This document shows, piece by piece, positions 49,896 to 64,000 of a stretch of DNA of 64,000 bases. The position numbers and the translations under genes were made by a program. Source of the stretch: Malacoraja senta. Its lineage: Eukaryota. The stretch is from NCBI GenBank assembly GCA_038087875.1, contig CM075994.1, forward strand, positions 3,536,001-3,600,000, written 5' to 3'. The notes under the pieces were generated by a model. It was not told the origin of the DNA. It made no database searches and saw only the letters and a program-made list of their open reading frames with translations. Each line of letters starts with the position of its first letter. Positions within the stretch are counted from its first letter, which is position 1.

Positions 49896-50505
49896 TTTTT
49901 TTAAAAATATTTTTATTTTATTAGAAGTACAATTGTATACAATCATATTTTCATACCTTTTATGTACAGCTTCTTATTTTAAAAAAAAATTTGAAATAAA
50001 GTAGAAAAAGAAAAAAGTTAGGTAATGAAAAATAGAAAAATGTGAGATATATAGTGTGTGAAAAAGAAAAATAAAGAATGAAAAAAGAAAGTTGAGACAT
50101 AGAAAATAGAAGAAAGAGAATAAAAGAAGAGAAGAGAAGAAAAGAAAATAGAAGGAGATCATTTATAATCTTGACCATCCGCAGGCACGGATTAGCTTTT
50201 ACACCTGTTTTGCACCATATGTTTCCAAAAAGACGACAAATGGAGACCAACTCGTTATGAATTGGTCAAATTTATCTATTAGGAGGAATCGCATTTCCTC
50301 AAGATGTGCGGTATCCAACATACTTGCAATCCACATTTTGAGCGTTGGTATTGGTGTATTTTTCCAAAATTTCAATATTAATTTTTTTGCTATTATTAAA
50401 CCATAATTAAAAATTGACTTTTCAGATGAGCTCAATTTGTTCCCGTCTTCCATTACCCCAAATATAATCAATTCATTATTGGGTTCCATTTTTGTCTTAA
50501 ATAAT
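49896..50505 (-). mobile_element. L1 3' end (copy 2 of 21579-22188)
   Basis: ORF 50199..50489 is identical to copy 1. Confidence 0.85.
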
Positions 50506-52027
50506 TTTCATGTCTAAATCAGGGTATATCAGAGTAAAGCTGCTGGACTAATATCCAAAGGCCTGGACCATCAGGTAGTCAGAACCAAATGTGCAACACT
50601 AGAGGGCATAGCTATAAGATAAGGAGAGGTTTAATGGAAATGGGAAACGATTCTTTTTTTTTTTTTTTTTTTAAACAGTGGTGGGGGCCTGGAATGCACT
50701 GCCAGAGGTGGTGGATGCAGATCCAATAGGGGCATATGAGGTGTTTTCAGATAGGGACATGGAAGGGCAGGGAATAGAGGGATTATGGATCACATGCAGG
50801 CAGATGAGATCTGTTTAACTTGGCATCAAGCTCAGCAGAATCATTGTGGTCCATGTGCTGTACTGTTCTTCATTCTATGGACTGTTGATACAGAGGGGCA
50901 ATATCAAATCGCTTCATGGCAGACAAATAAAGTATTGCTACCACAAAATACAAGATAGTTATTAAACAAAATGCAATTCACAAATATCTTCCATGAAAGG
51001 AACATGCGTTTACATAGACAGTTTGCAATTTCAGTCTCTGGGTAATGCAGTTCATTTTTCATTGTACTCTTGTCCAGCTTAACTCTTAGTTCAGGAGATA
51101 ACCAGAGATGGATGATAAATAGTACCCAGAATTCATGAAAACAAGAACCTAACGTTCAACAAATAGGGGATAGCCTGTGTCATGAACTAAACAAAACCTT
51201 CCAGGAGAGCCACTGGTAATATTGACATTAGAACTAAGGAGTTAGGTTGCTCATAGTCACAGCTAACGATCTTATTGAGTAAACTCCGATTTCCTTATTA
51301 GAGTAGGTCATTTTTCTAACACTAGTCATATTGCTCAACCAACATAGGCAACCCAAATTAATGGTACAAAACCTGTGTACTCAATAGTATTCCCCACAAA
51401 AACAAGTGATTCGGCAAAGAAGATGAATACAGCAATCAATATGACAGTGCACAGACAGTGAATAGTTTAAGGTGGTTGTAAAGAGATGCAATCCGCTATA
51501 TGAACTGTTTTAACATATTCAGGTGCACATCTGATCCTATTGCAGTCGTCCATCAAACATAGAATATCCATTTAGACACGAAAGCATCAGCAAAGAATTC
51601 TGGCCTCTGTTGTTCCAAATAGGAGTTACACCGAAAAAGAATTTGAACACTGAGCATGCATGGTGGATGCAATTGGAAGGGTTACATTAGGAGAGAATAT
51701 AGCAGGCCATTTCCCTCACCCAACATCAACGTCTAGCTTCAGAATGTTCTCTGTTCCACTGCCAATCCACTAAGTTCACCTACTGCATGGCCACCTCATA
51801 ATGTCCATCAGAGGGTTTATCCGCCGAAAAAAAACCCAGATATCCCCAGACCAATTAATTCCCTGCCGTCAACAACCTTTATTTTCCAAATCTCAAAAAC
51901 ACATCATAAAGTAATCGAAAAAAATCAAGAGATCAGTCCAAAGATCCACCATCATCCACATTCAGTCATGAATTGAGGACAATGAAACAGTTAACAGGGA
52001 GGTGGCTCCAGGCATATCCATAACCCG

Positions 52028-52988
52028 AGATAGACACAAAATGATGGAGTAAGCAGGACAGGCAGCATCTGTGTCTGAAGGTGATGTTTCGGGTCGGGAC
52101 TGCTCTTCAGACTGTCAGGGGAGTGGGTGGGACAGAGATAGAATGTAGTCGGCAACATTATGACTAGTTGGAGAACTGGGAAGCGGGAGGGGATGGAGAG
52201 CAGGGGCTGTTTGAAGTTAGAGAAGTCAATGTTTATACCGCTGGGGTGTAAGCTACTCATGCAAAATATGAGGTGCTGCTCCTCCAATTTGCGTTGGGCC
52301 TCACTTTGACAATGAAGGAGGCCCAGGACAGAAAGGTCAGATTGGGATATCGAGGATCCCGTAGCTTCGCTCTTGCTCCCCCTCCCCCCCCATTCGCAAC
52401 AAGGAGAGTCCCCCTTTTCCTCACCTTCCACCCCATCAGCCGTCGCATACAGCATATAATCCTCCAACACTTTCGCCAACTACAAAGGGATCCAACTATT
52501 GGCCACAGCTCCCCATCTTCACCCCTTTCTGCTTTCCGCAGAGACTGTTCCCTCCGCAACTTTCTCGTCAACTCGTCCCTTCCCACCCCAACCACCCCCT
52601 CCCCAGGTACTTTGCCCTGCAACTGCAGGAGATGTAACACCTGTCCCTTTACCTCCCCCGTTGACTCCATCCAAGGACCCAGAGTCTTTTCAAGTGAGGC
52701 AGAGGTTCACTTGCACCTCATCTACTGTATCCGCTGTTCCTGGTGTCAACTTCTGCACATCGGCGAGACCAAGCGCAGACTCGGCGATCGTTTCGCTGAA
52801 CACCTCCGCTCAATCCGCCTTAACCTACCTGATGTCCCGGTTGCTCAGCACTTTAACTTCCCCTCCCATTCCCAATCTGACCTTTCTGGCCTGGGCCTCC
52901 TCCATTGTCAGAGTGAGGCCCAGCGCAAATTGGAGGAACAGCACCTCATATTTTGTTTGGGTAGCATCTGCAGTTCTTTCCTACACAT
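52028..52988 (+). mobile_element. Penelope-like GIY-YIG fragment (copy 2)
   Basis: ORF 52273..53001 is identical to copy 1. Confidence 0.88.
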
Positions 52989-55900
52989 ATTACTAACCTA
53001 GCCAGATGTACGGCTCAGAACCAGTGTTAAATGCAAAACAAAATAATAAATGGTTAGAAAGGAACTGCATATGCTGGTTTACACCGAAGATCGACACAAC
53101 ATGCTGGAGTAACTCAGAGGCCCTTCTGAAAAACTAAATTGATGTGTTGCGACATACTTCAGTCAGAAATATCAAGAGGATGAGGCACCTAGACTTCCTT
53201 CAGTAAATCTTTGCCAGAGAAGTCAATCTTCATACAAATCAACTCACTCCGAAGCCTGTCTGTAAATGGCAGAGAGCAGCCGAGAAAGAAAAAGCTAAGG
53301 CACAAGACCATCTGTGATGGTGTGATTGTAGAGCACCAAATGTCATCTTGGCACCAACTCTGCAACCAAAACTGCAATACAGCTTACACAAAGTATTTTG
53401 ATGGGGAGAGGAGACAAAACCACCAGTGCTGAAAGGAATAGCGTATGGAATAGTCTGAAGAAGGGTCTCAACCCAAATATTCTTTCTCTCCAGAGATGCT
53501 GCCTATCCTGCTGAGTTACTCCGGCATTTTGTGTCTATCCTCAATTTAAACCAGCACCTGCAGTCCTTTTCGATGCAGTGCTTACGGAATGTACTGTACG
53601 CACCAGAAAATGTTTAGAGAAGCCAAGTCAATAGCTTTTTCTCAATAAATACCATGAAAACAAATTACATGGACACTACATTGACATGGATACCAACAAA
53701 TTACATGGATACTACACTGCAATTTTGGTCCCCTAATATGAGAAAGGACATTCTTGCTACTGAGGGAGTGCAGCAAAGGTTCACAAGGTTAACTCCCGGG
53801 ATGGCAGAAATGTCATATGCAGCGAGAATGGAGCAGCTGGGCTTGTATACTCTGGAATTTAGAAGGGTGAGAGGGGATCTTATTGAAACATAAGATTAAC
53901 GGTTTGGACACACTTGAGGTAGGAAACATGGTCCCGATGTTGGGGGAGTCCAGAACCAGGGGCCACAGTTTAAGAATAAGGGGTAAGGCATTTAGAACGG
54001 AGATGAGGAAACACTTTTTCACACATAGGGTTGTGAGTCTGTGGAATTCTCTGCCTCAGAGGGCGGTGGAGGCCGGTTCTTTGGATACTTTAAAAAGAGT
54101 GCTTGATAGGGCTCTTAAAGATAGCGGAGTCAGGGGATATGGGGAGAAGGCAGGAACGGGGTACTGATTGTGGATGATCAGCCATGATCACAATGAATGG
54201 CGGTGCTGGCTCGAAGGGCCGAAGAGCCGACTCCTGCACCTATTGTCTATTACACCACTACTGCTTTTCAAGTTTACTGTGTAGAAATTGGCTCGCCACT
54301 TCCTACAACACTCTTCAAATTGCTTGCAGGGTATTTTGTGATACCTGAAGTCATGAGAAACATTATCTGAATGACAGTCCTTCTAAAATCAATAGCTCTA
54401 TTCATGAATCAGGACCATACCAAGACCATCCTCAGGCAATGATCCCCAGGGTCTTTGGGGCAATTGTTTCCAAATGCATTAACTATTCCTTCTTGTGCCA
54501 AGGAACCCCAAAATTATTACCATCCAAGGAATCAGAAATATCATCAACTTGAGCTTGGGGTTGAGCTCGGGTTAAGAAAGAATTGGATAGTACCTCTATT
54601 TGATCTTGAAGAGCTGTTAATAAGGGTGAAAACAATGCACACATGCAAGATTTTGTAACTCTAATCACAAAAGATAAATTCAAACACAAATAATGACGGA
54701 GATGGCGCTGACACAATAATATAGGCAAATTACACACAGCTTACAAACAGAAAGTTATAATACAGGGGCAATAAAAGACCCTTATATTAGAATAAAAACA
54801 AAGACACAAACATAACATGAAGCAGCAATTGAGATCAAGGACAATGCTCCAGTGTTACAAGAGGCAGAGAAACACAAGGATTTATAAATATAACAGATGT
54901 AATTCTTTCACAAAGGTTTTATTTTAAAATGTATGGTAATTGTTTTACTTTCAATTTTAGCTTCAACTAGGACATTGCAGATGAATTACAATTTGGCCCA
55001 TGTGAGATACCGTTATCAGACTAAACTAGTTGTAAACAACATTCACCAAATTAAGAGTCTCACTAAAGGAGGTAATGTTGAGCCAGATTTGAGAAAATGA
55101 AAAACTTTGATTTCCAAGGGAATATACAATTACTGATACAGAGATAAATGGATATTGGTGTGTGCATGCATGTCCACAGATCTTTTAAGAACTGTAGGGC
55201 AGGGTAAATAACGGTGGTTAAAAGGGCGCACCAGATGCTTTCCTTTATTTAGCCATGCTATGAAATGCAGTGGCAGGAAGATTTGGTTTGAAATATGTAC
55301 ATCATTATTATACCACAGCTGAAAGAGTGCTGGACACAACATGATTAGATACAACTGTTTCAAGACTGTACAATGCAAATTTAAAAGAATGGAAAATCCT
55401 GAAAACAGCAGATACTGGAATTTTAAATGTAAACAGTGCTAGAAACAGTCAGTTGGCCTGACAGCAAAACGGATTTTTTTCATTTCAGAGACCCTTTATC
55501 AGAGTTTCTGACATTGGCTTTCCAAAATGAAGGCGTATCTCTTTCCACAAATGACCTACTGAGATTTACAAAGACTTTGCTTGCGCTGGATATTTTAGCT
55601 AAAAGAATTGTAACCCAAAACCCATTCCTTCTCTCTGGAGAGAGTCTGCCTGCCATGCTGATTTACTCCAGCATTTTGTGTCTATCTACAAATGGTATGT
55701 AGGATGTATTTTTTTTATTGTTGGGACAGAGCAGAGTGAGTAGATATTGATTTTGGACACATAAAGTTATGTGGAATCTGGACAAAAGAAATAAGTAGAA
55801 ACCATTACTCAAAATCCATTTTGGGACACCGATTAAAAATCAGAAGAAATTGACAAGAGAAAAAAATATCTTCACCCAGATGTTAGTATGATCTGGAGCT

Positions 55901-57546
55901 CATTGTCCACAAAAGAAACAGGGCACATTTAATTAGTAGGTAGACAAAAAATGCTGGAGAAACTCAGCGGGTGCAGCATCTATGGAGCGAAGGAAATAGG
56001 CAACGTTTCGGGCTGAAGAAGGGTTTTCGCCCGCAACGTTGCCTATGGAGCGAAGGAAATAGATGCTGCTGCACCCGCTGAGTTTCTCCAGCATTTTTGT
56101 TTACCTTCGATTTTCCAGCATCTGCAGTTCCTTCTTAAACATTTAATTAGTACATGGGTGTGCATTTTGGACACATTTGCAGAGTTGAAGCTGTTGGAAG
56201 ATGGGGGAAAAGCTGCGGAGCAATTTTGTTTCTTGGTGCTGCCTTACATGCAGAGTTCTTCCGACAGCTTATTTTTTGGTGGACCTGGCAAAATTGCCGC
56301 AGGAATCCAGGGGACTCTTCTCATCCATTTTTTCTTGGTGATAACATGGTCATCTTGGATTTTAATCCCAAATTCTTCTCAGTACTAACAATATTTGTGG
56401 GACATCTTTCCTGGCTTTTATGGCTAACTTTTAAGGAAAAGAGCAAAAATGCAACAACAACAACAAAAAACGGACGCAACATGTGCCTCACTCTTCATGC
56501 ATTTTGCAAGAGGGTACCACAACTGATGCTAATTCTTCAATGATCGCAATCTGATTTCAAGAAGCCGTAACCATTATTCTGATGGCCATATAACTGATGT
56601 GGAACGAGCACTACAAATGCCACAAAAATTAGTATGGGTTAGGCATCAACTAGAGAAATGCCTGTCAATTTCCACATCCGTGCATCAAAGTATCCTTTCT
56701 AAAGGGCCAGGTCAAACCCATTCATTTGGAATCATTGGTGGGCAGACATTTTATTCCTGCGCAAATTCACAACATTACTTACTCATATGAGCTCTTTGGC
56801 ATTCATAATGACTTGAAATGGGAAGTGCAGCACTCCTTCGCAGCACCATTTCCTATTCTGACAAACAAAAGCACATTCCAATCGCACTTGGGTACATGAT
56901 GAAATTTTTTCATTCAGTAAACTAGAATAAAGAAGACATGGCTGACTCTCACATTCTAGTGACACAAGAGACCCCCATTCTTCTGGATCTTAGTTATTTC
57001 ATTACGATGTAACTATTACGTTTGCCACAAGCATCTTAAGGAGGCAGAACCTCTCCCAAGTGTCCATGGGCATGACCAGAACATAATTACAACCAGTTAC
57101 CTAAACTTTACAAAATGTCTTTTCAAGTGTTCATATACATGATCCGTTAACAGAAAAAATGATAAAGAAGAAACATCATAGGGAAGGTTAATGAAAATAA
57201 TTCAATACAGATGCTCCCTGAATATTACTCAAGGGTTACGCCCCGCAGACCCTGTGCAAGTCAGATGTTACGTTAATTGGAAACACTGCGTTACTGTGCA
57301 CATGTAAATATGCTATCCGACATGGGAGATCATGTGGGCGCCAATGGGCTTAAAGAATCTACCAACAGTCTGTCTCTTCTTTTTCTTCTTTGTTATTTTC
57401 AGTCTGCTGTTAAATGTATGTTTTAGTGTACCTTTAGTTTTGTATTATGTGGGGTTTGGAATAACTTTTTGTTATCTCTTTCCTCGACCGAGACATTGTG
57501 GAGCTGACAGCCTCTTGCTGGGGATCGATCTCGGGAGCTCCAACCG

Positions 57547-60500
57547 TTTATTTTTTTTATTATACTTTTATTCAAAAAAGTTTTAAAAAATACAAATTAG
57601 CACAATCAAAGACTGCCTATGTTGACAGTTTTACAAACAAACGATCATCAAATTAATATAACGCCTACTTTATCAACAAAACACTCAAATCACCGTAGCG
57701 ACCAGTGTTCACGGAAGGCTTCCAAAGTCCCCGTGGACACCGCGTGTTCCCTCTCCAAGGACACGCAGGCATGGGCGTAGGCCCGAAAATGGGGCAGGCA
57801 GTCAACCCTGGTGCGGCCGTCGACTACCCATCTTGGCGAGGCCCAGGAGCAGACGGACAGGGAGATCCCCCCCCCCCCTCCCTTCTCCCCTCTGTACCGG
57901 GGTCCCAAATATCAGGAGTGTGGGACTAAAATGCGGCCAAAACTTGAGGAACAGCCGCTTCAGTTAGTCGAACAGGGGCTGCAACGCCTCACACTGCATG
58001 TACAAATGGAACATGGTCTCTTCCTCGCCGCAGAAGTGACAGGCGGCTGGCAAGTCCGTGAACTGACTCAAGTATCTGTTACCCCAGGTCCCAGGTGTAA
58101 AGGGGGAGGGACTCCCTTATAGAGAGATCTCCACTGTGGACCACTCCCGCCGTCAGATGGTAACACAGACCGCCAGTGCATATCTGGACGGAAGAAAAGA
58201 GCGAGGAAGTGCAGAGTATACAGGAGCAGCCTGTACAGTATGCGCCTCTCTGCGTCACGGAACGGCACGCTGGGCATCTCGGGACCCGGGCCGTAGGTCC
58301 TATGATCAATTCCGATGGAGCGGGGACAAGCTCGGCTCCAGGGTGGGCACAGGGTGAGGACCGTCCACCCTCGCAGCCACAACATCTCCCTCACTCTGTG
58401 GAGCAGCTCCCTGGCTGAAGGTGACCAGATTCCTGGCTTTAAGTATATCTCGATAAAAGCCAGGCATCTCCCACCTAGCGTGTCGACTGATGCCCGCAAC
58501 TGGGAGCTGTGTGTCCTCCTGAAGGCAGCGACCCTGCCGGAAAAAGTACATCGCCAGCGCGTGCCATCTAGGACACTCGGAATATATACCTCTGCAGGGT
58601 TCTGAGGCGGAGAGCCACCACCTGGGTACGCACGCAAACCAATGCCTGACCACCCTCCTCCAACGGAAGACGCAGAACCCCCGCAGAGACCCAATGATTC
58701 TTCCCTCCCCAGAAGAAGTTCACCAACCTCCTCTGGATCATGGTGACAAATAAAGAGGGTGGGACCAGAGTGGCCAGCCGGTACCACAACATAGAGGCCA
58801 CCAGCTGGTTTATGACCAATGCTCTCCCCCGGTAAGAGAGCACACCAGGAAGGCCTGACCAACGCCCTAGCCGGGCAACGACTTTCGCCTCTAGCTCCTA
58901 CCAGTTCGCCGGCCAAGCCCCCTCAGTGGGACACAGGTAGACCCCCAGGTAGAGGAGGTGCGTGGTGCTCCACGTATAAGATGTTATCTCCTCCGGCAGG
59001 GAGTCAACCTCCCACTGACCCACCAAGAGACCAGAACACTTCCCCCAGTTGATCCTGGCGGAGGATGCAGCTGAGAAAACCTGCTGGCACTCTCGCATCC
59101 TCCGCAGGTCAACAGGGTCGGTGAACATCAAAAGGACATCATTGGTGTAGGTCAAAAGAACCACCTCCACCCCCGGCCCAGGTAGAGACAGGCCTGTCAA
59201 CCACCTACGGGGAGGCCACAGGAATGGCTCTACACAGACGGAATACAGCTGGCCGGACATGGGACATCCCTGACGTACCCCCCTCCTAAAGTGAATGGGG
59301 GCCAACAAAGAGCCGTTGACCTTAACAAGGCACACCGCAGCAGCGTACTCGGGCCACGAAGTGCGGTCCAAACCCGAACGCCTGCAGAGTCCCAAGAAGG
59401 TAGTCATGATCCACCCTGTCAAACACCTTCTCCTGGTCAAGGGAGAGAAAGGCGACTGATTGCCCAGCCCCCTGGGACAGATGGATCTGGTCCTGAATCA
59501 AATGGATATTGTCCTGGATGGACCGGCCCGGCACTGTGTAGGACTGGTCCGGGTGGATCACTTGGGTCAGCACAGAGCCCAGGTGGTTCACCATTGCCTG
59601 GGCAAAGACTGTAATCTGTGCTGAGGAGAGAGACCGGGTGCCAGTTATTCAAAAGGCAGAGATCGCCCTTCTTCGGTAGCAGGACAACGACTGCCCTGCG
59701 CCACGAGAAGGGCATCACCTCGGTCGCCAGGCTCTCCTCCAGCACCTTCATATAGTCACCCCCAGGACATCCCAGAAGGCTCTAAGAGACTCCACCGTCA
59801 GCCCATCCAGTCCTGGAGTCTTGCCCCCCCCCCCCCCCCCTTCCGAGCTGATGCAGAGTAGCAGTCAGCTCCTCCAGAGTGAAGGGATCATCGAGGCGTT
59901 CAGCCACTTCTTTGCACACTAAGGGTAAGCCCTCCCACAGGACCCCCTGCGCATCCCCACTAGATGTACCCGCGGAGAATAGAATCCTGTAGAAAGACCG
60001 AACCGAGGCACAGATGCTCTCTGGATCTGTGACAGAGGAGCCATCATATGCAAGCAACTCAACGAGCTGCCTGCGGGCTCCTCGCCACTTCTCCAGAGAG
60101 AAGAAAAAGGGGGAGGCGCGGTCCAGATCATGCAACATCTGGACTCGCGACCTCACATATCGCCCCGGGACCTCCTAAGCTGCAAGTCCCTCAGTGCTCC
60201 CTTCTTGCCAATACGCAAGAATGCCAATACGCGGACCATGCCCGTGTGCGCGCTGGGAAAAGTCCAGGCAGTGATCCGAGCACGGCACCGGACGCATGGA
60301 GGCCGGCGAGACACAAGACATAGGCCTTGAAAACATACAAGTGGTCAATACGTAAACAACCACCCTCAAACCTGTACGAGAAGGCACTAGTCAGGATGGA
60401 AATTCTGCCACGCATCAACAAGCTTAAAAGAGACCAGCAGCTCTCTTAGTCTTGACTGCTGCCGGGTCACGGTGAACGCCAGAGCGATCTCTCGCCTCGA
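57547..60500 (-). mobile_element. Tx1/L1-clade retrotransposon (copy 2)
   Basis: Same motifs as copy 1. TSD at 57533-57546 and 60501-60514. Confidence 0.88.
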
Positions 60501-62071
60501 GGGAGCTCCAACCGTGGGAGCCTGCGGACTTAACATCGTGGAGCTCGCGGTCCCCGGTTAGGGATCGACTTCAGGAGTTCCAAGCCGCAGGAGCTTCGAC
60601 CACCCCGACTGCAAATGGTTCGACTGCCCGGACCGCGGGAGAAAAGGAGGAAAGAAGATAAGACTTTATTGCCTTCCATCACACTGGGGAATGTGGTGGA
60701 GCCGCTGTGGTGGATGTTTACGTTAATTTTCATGTAGCTGTGTGTCTTGTTGCTTGTTTTTGGTATGACTATGGCAAAACAAAAATCTTTGTATGTTACA
60801 AAACATACTTGGCTAATAAATTAATTACAATTACGACTGTGTCAGTGCAAGTTTATACAAGTCACCGATTACACACAATTATGCAAGTTGGAGAGTGCCT
60901 GTATTTAACTTGCCAATGAAATGCCAGTAGAATGTAACCAGCAAACATGCATATATCCAACCAGGCAGCTGGGAGGGTACAAAGAGTATCTGGGCTAGCT
61001 GCAAAGATTTCACTGACACAATTACTTCCATCTCAGCTGCATGAATACAACACATAACAATAACCCCTTAAGATGTTTAATAATCTTAAATTATGCTATT
61101 GGGTCGTTGATGCGGAAAGCTGTACAATTTTCTCAATTCAAGGACAGCCCTTAACTTGGATATATAGATATATATCTGGTGCCCAATGGACTCAAGGAAA
61201 AATAATAACACTCTAACTTGCTCTCAATATCCACATGCATTACAGTAACAAAATAACAAATTTGCAGCAGGTGCTGAGTTGGTATAACCCAGCAAGACAG
61301 TGGGAAACTAAGCCAACTATTTGGCCAAATCACTGGATGTTTTCAAGAGTGTTAGATTTCACTCTCAGGACTAAACAAATCAAGTGATATGGGGAAAAAG
61401 CAGGAACGGGGTAGTGATTTTGGATGATCAGCCATGATCATATTGAATCGGTGCTGGCTCGAAGGGCCGAATGGCCCACTCCCGCACCTATTTTTCTATG
61501 TTTCTAAATAATAAACTATACATATTTTCCCAGAGATACTATGTAGATTTATTGAAAGGCTCGGCAGTGCTAAATTGCTGTGACATTTCATGATCTGTGC
61601 CACTTTTAAACGACAAGCAGTAGCCTGTTTCCCACTGGACATCCTGACAAAGATGCTTTCTGACTTGGATTTTATTGAAACAAGGCAATGCAATGACGTA
61701 GATGCTACTGAAACAAGTACCAGAGAGACTTAGTAACTTCAAAATATACCAACAGTCTGTAGATCAGATTTAAATTTATGTTCACCATGAAAGTATACCC
61801 ACTTGATAGGAACCTAATTGAAAGCCCTCATACATCAATGAAAATTAGATTGTTGTTCAATGAGGAAGCAAAGAGACTGAGCATTAGTCAACACTTTAGA
61901 TCACTGCAGTCCTTCAAGGGGACACTGCAGAGCTCAAAAGAACATGCCACAGATATTATGCAAGGTATTTGGACAGAATTAAGCAGCAGTGAAGAGTACA
62001 TGCATATGCACCAAATTGGTACATCACCATAAAACAAAGCATTTTGAATAAGCCTCTTCCAGGAATTTCAC

Positions 62072-62377
62072 CTTTGAATTCTGTGCCATCAAGTCCCCTG
62101 ATGGCTTCCATGGCATCCTCACTCCTCTCCAAATGCACAAAGGCATAATCCTTAACGATATCGCACTCCAGGACCGTCCCATACTCCTCAAATTTGGCCT
62201 GCAGTTCCTGGCTGGTGCAACACTGCTTAAGTTACCCACGTGAAGTTTGGTGGACGACTTGGACCCTCCCTTGCTGGCCTCGACATTGATGCAGACGCCA
62301 TGCAGCTTATAGTGATGCAGATTCTCAATTGCCTCCTTTGCTGCCTCCCTGTCCTTCATGTGCACAAAGCCATAATT
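62072..62377 (-). CDS. RBM4: RBM4 two-RRM exon, copy 2, with a 1-bp deletion frameshift (probable consensus error)
   Basis: Matches 33752-34058 except gtgcaaccactg > gtgcaacactg at ~62221. The ORF track splits into 62024..62461 and 61956..62138. Confidence 0.88.
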
Positions 62378-64000
62378 CTGTTGAAGGACAAGGACATAGA
62401 GGTTACAAATCAAATTAAATCTCTTCCTCCTATACACAAGCAATAGCACATGCATTTGCATTTTACATTCACATCTTGGAAAACAACGACATTATGAGGC
62501 CAGGAAATCCTTACCAAGATTCATAAAAAAATAGAAACATACAAATTGGATGCAGGTGTAGCCCATTCGGCCCTTCGAGCCAGCACCGCCATTCAAAACG
62601 ATCATGGCTGATCATTCATAATCAGTACCCTGTTCCTGCTTTCTCCCATATCCCTTTATTTCTTTAGCCCCAGAGCTATATCCAACTCTATCTTGAATAC
62701 ATCCAGTGAATAGGCCTCCACTGCCTTCTGTGGCAGAGAAATCCACAGATTCATAACTCTCTGGAAAAAGGTTCTCCCCCCTCAGTCCTAAATGGCCTAT
62801 CCTTTATTCTTAAACTGTTACCCCCGATTCTGGACTCCCAGAAGGAAAACATTTTTCCTGCAACTAGCTTGTCAATACTTTAGGAATTTTATGTTTCTTT
62901 TAGATCCCCTCTCAACCTTCTAAATTCCAGTGAACACAAACCCGGTCGACATACTCTTTCATCACATGTCAGTCTCGCCATCCCGGGAATTAACCTGGTG
63001 AACCTACGCTGCACTCCCTCAATAGCAATAACAGGCTCTCGCTTAACTTTTTTTCCCTGTTGGCAGCCGGGCAACCTTGACAGCATTTTAGGTTGCCAAA
63101 TGACAGTTTAGGTGTCATTGAAGACGGTTTGCATGACGCGTGTGATAATGTGCTCGGACGAAGTGCGCAGTTACCAGTCGGAATTATGCTCAATGAAGCA
63201 TTCAAATATGATGTTCAAGAAGGAACTGCAGATGCTGGAAAATCAAAGGTAGACAAAAATGCTGGAGAAACTCAGCAGGTGCAGCAGCATCTATGGAGCG
63301 AAGGAAATAGGCAACGTTTCAGGCCGAAACCCATCAGTCTGAATAAGGGTTTTGGCCCGAAACGTTGCTTTTTCCTTCGCTCCATAGATGCTGCCGCATC
63401 CGCCGAGTTTCTCCAGCACATTTGTCTACATTCACATATTATTTCTGCTTAAAATAACTCACAAACTAAACTATTCACCAATCAAGACATGATATATACC
63501 ACAATGACATGCAGCAAAATTATAATACAATATCTCAACTCTTTTTACACATTGCAATTGATGCAATTTCTATTAGTTCTTTCCAGTTCCAAACAAAAAT
63601 GTGGTTGGATTATCAGCATATGATCAACCTGCGTCAATAAATCCTGGACCATGGTAACATATATGCTTAACCATACAGACTACAGATTGATGCAAGCATG
63701 TTTTCTGTGAAGGACCGAAAATTACCATGACATGGCCATAGCATGGGTCGTTATTGCTATGGCACCGAAACACTCTGGCTTCCCACATAATTTATCCATA
63801 ACAAAATATACAGGTTGCAAGGAAATTTCTAAAGGCATTTTATGATAATAACTGTTAAAACCGACTATACCCATCTGACAGGTTAAACATTACACTAATT
63901 GACAAGAGATGGCCAAAGGACATAACTGCAGCAAATGTTCTTTTGGTAATATGTTTAAAGGTGTCAAAACAAATAATAATATTGGGAATTAAAACACATT

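Larger units (their letters stand above)
39806..64000 (+). repeat. Direct near-identical duplicate of 11488-35689 (offset ~28.3 kb), starting at the gap edge
   Basis: 39806 atttattataaagcacctgtc matches 11488, and 64000 corresponds to 35689. The ORF track recurs almost verbatim. Differences are mostly 1-bp indels plus a few substitutions. Confidence 0.98.

Overview
This is eukaryotic, intron- and repeat-rich DNA. The V-SINE (HE1-like) and CR1 (HER1-like) repeats suggest a cartilaginous fish; that assignment is an inference. The only host gene I can support is an RBM4/Lark-family RNA-binding protein gene on the minus strand. It has a two-RRM exon (33752-34058), a CCHC zinc-knuckle plus low-complexity C-terminal exon (19626-20329) and a candidate 3'UTR exon (~13110-13428). 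Its first coding exon is not in the window. After a 200-N gap (39606-39805), positions 39806-64000 repeat 11488-35689 almost perfectly, so the gene and its repeats appear twice. This is most likely a false haplotype/overlap duplication rather than real paralogues. The rest is transposon-derived: CR1, L1, Tx1, Penelope and V-SINE retroelements plus hAT-like and Helitron-like DNA elements, often nested and several with readable target-site duplications (TSDs). I found no convincing new biological system. The best leads are an extra intron inside RRM1, an AQYSA-repeat tail, candidate poison exons, an inverted CR1 pair bracketing the RRM exon, a possibly target-specific Tx1, a DNA transposon with a 5-bp TSD, and a locally templated insertion.
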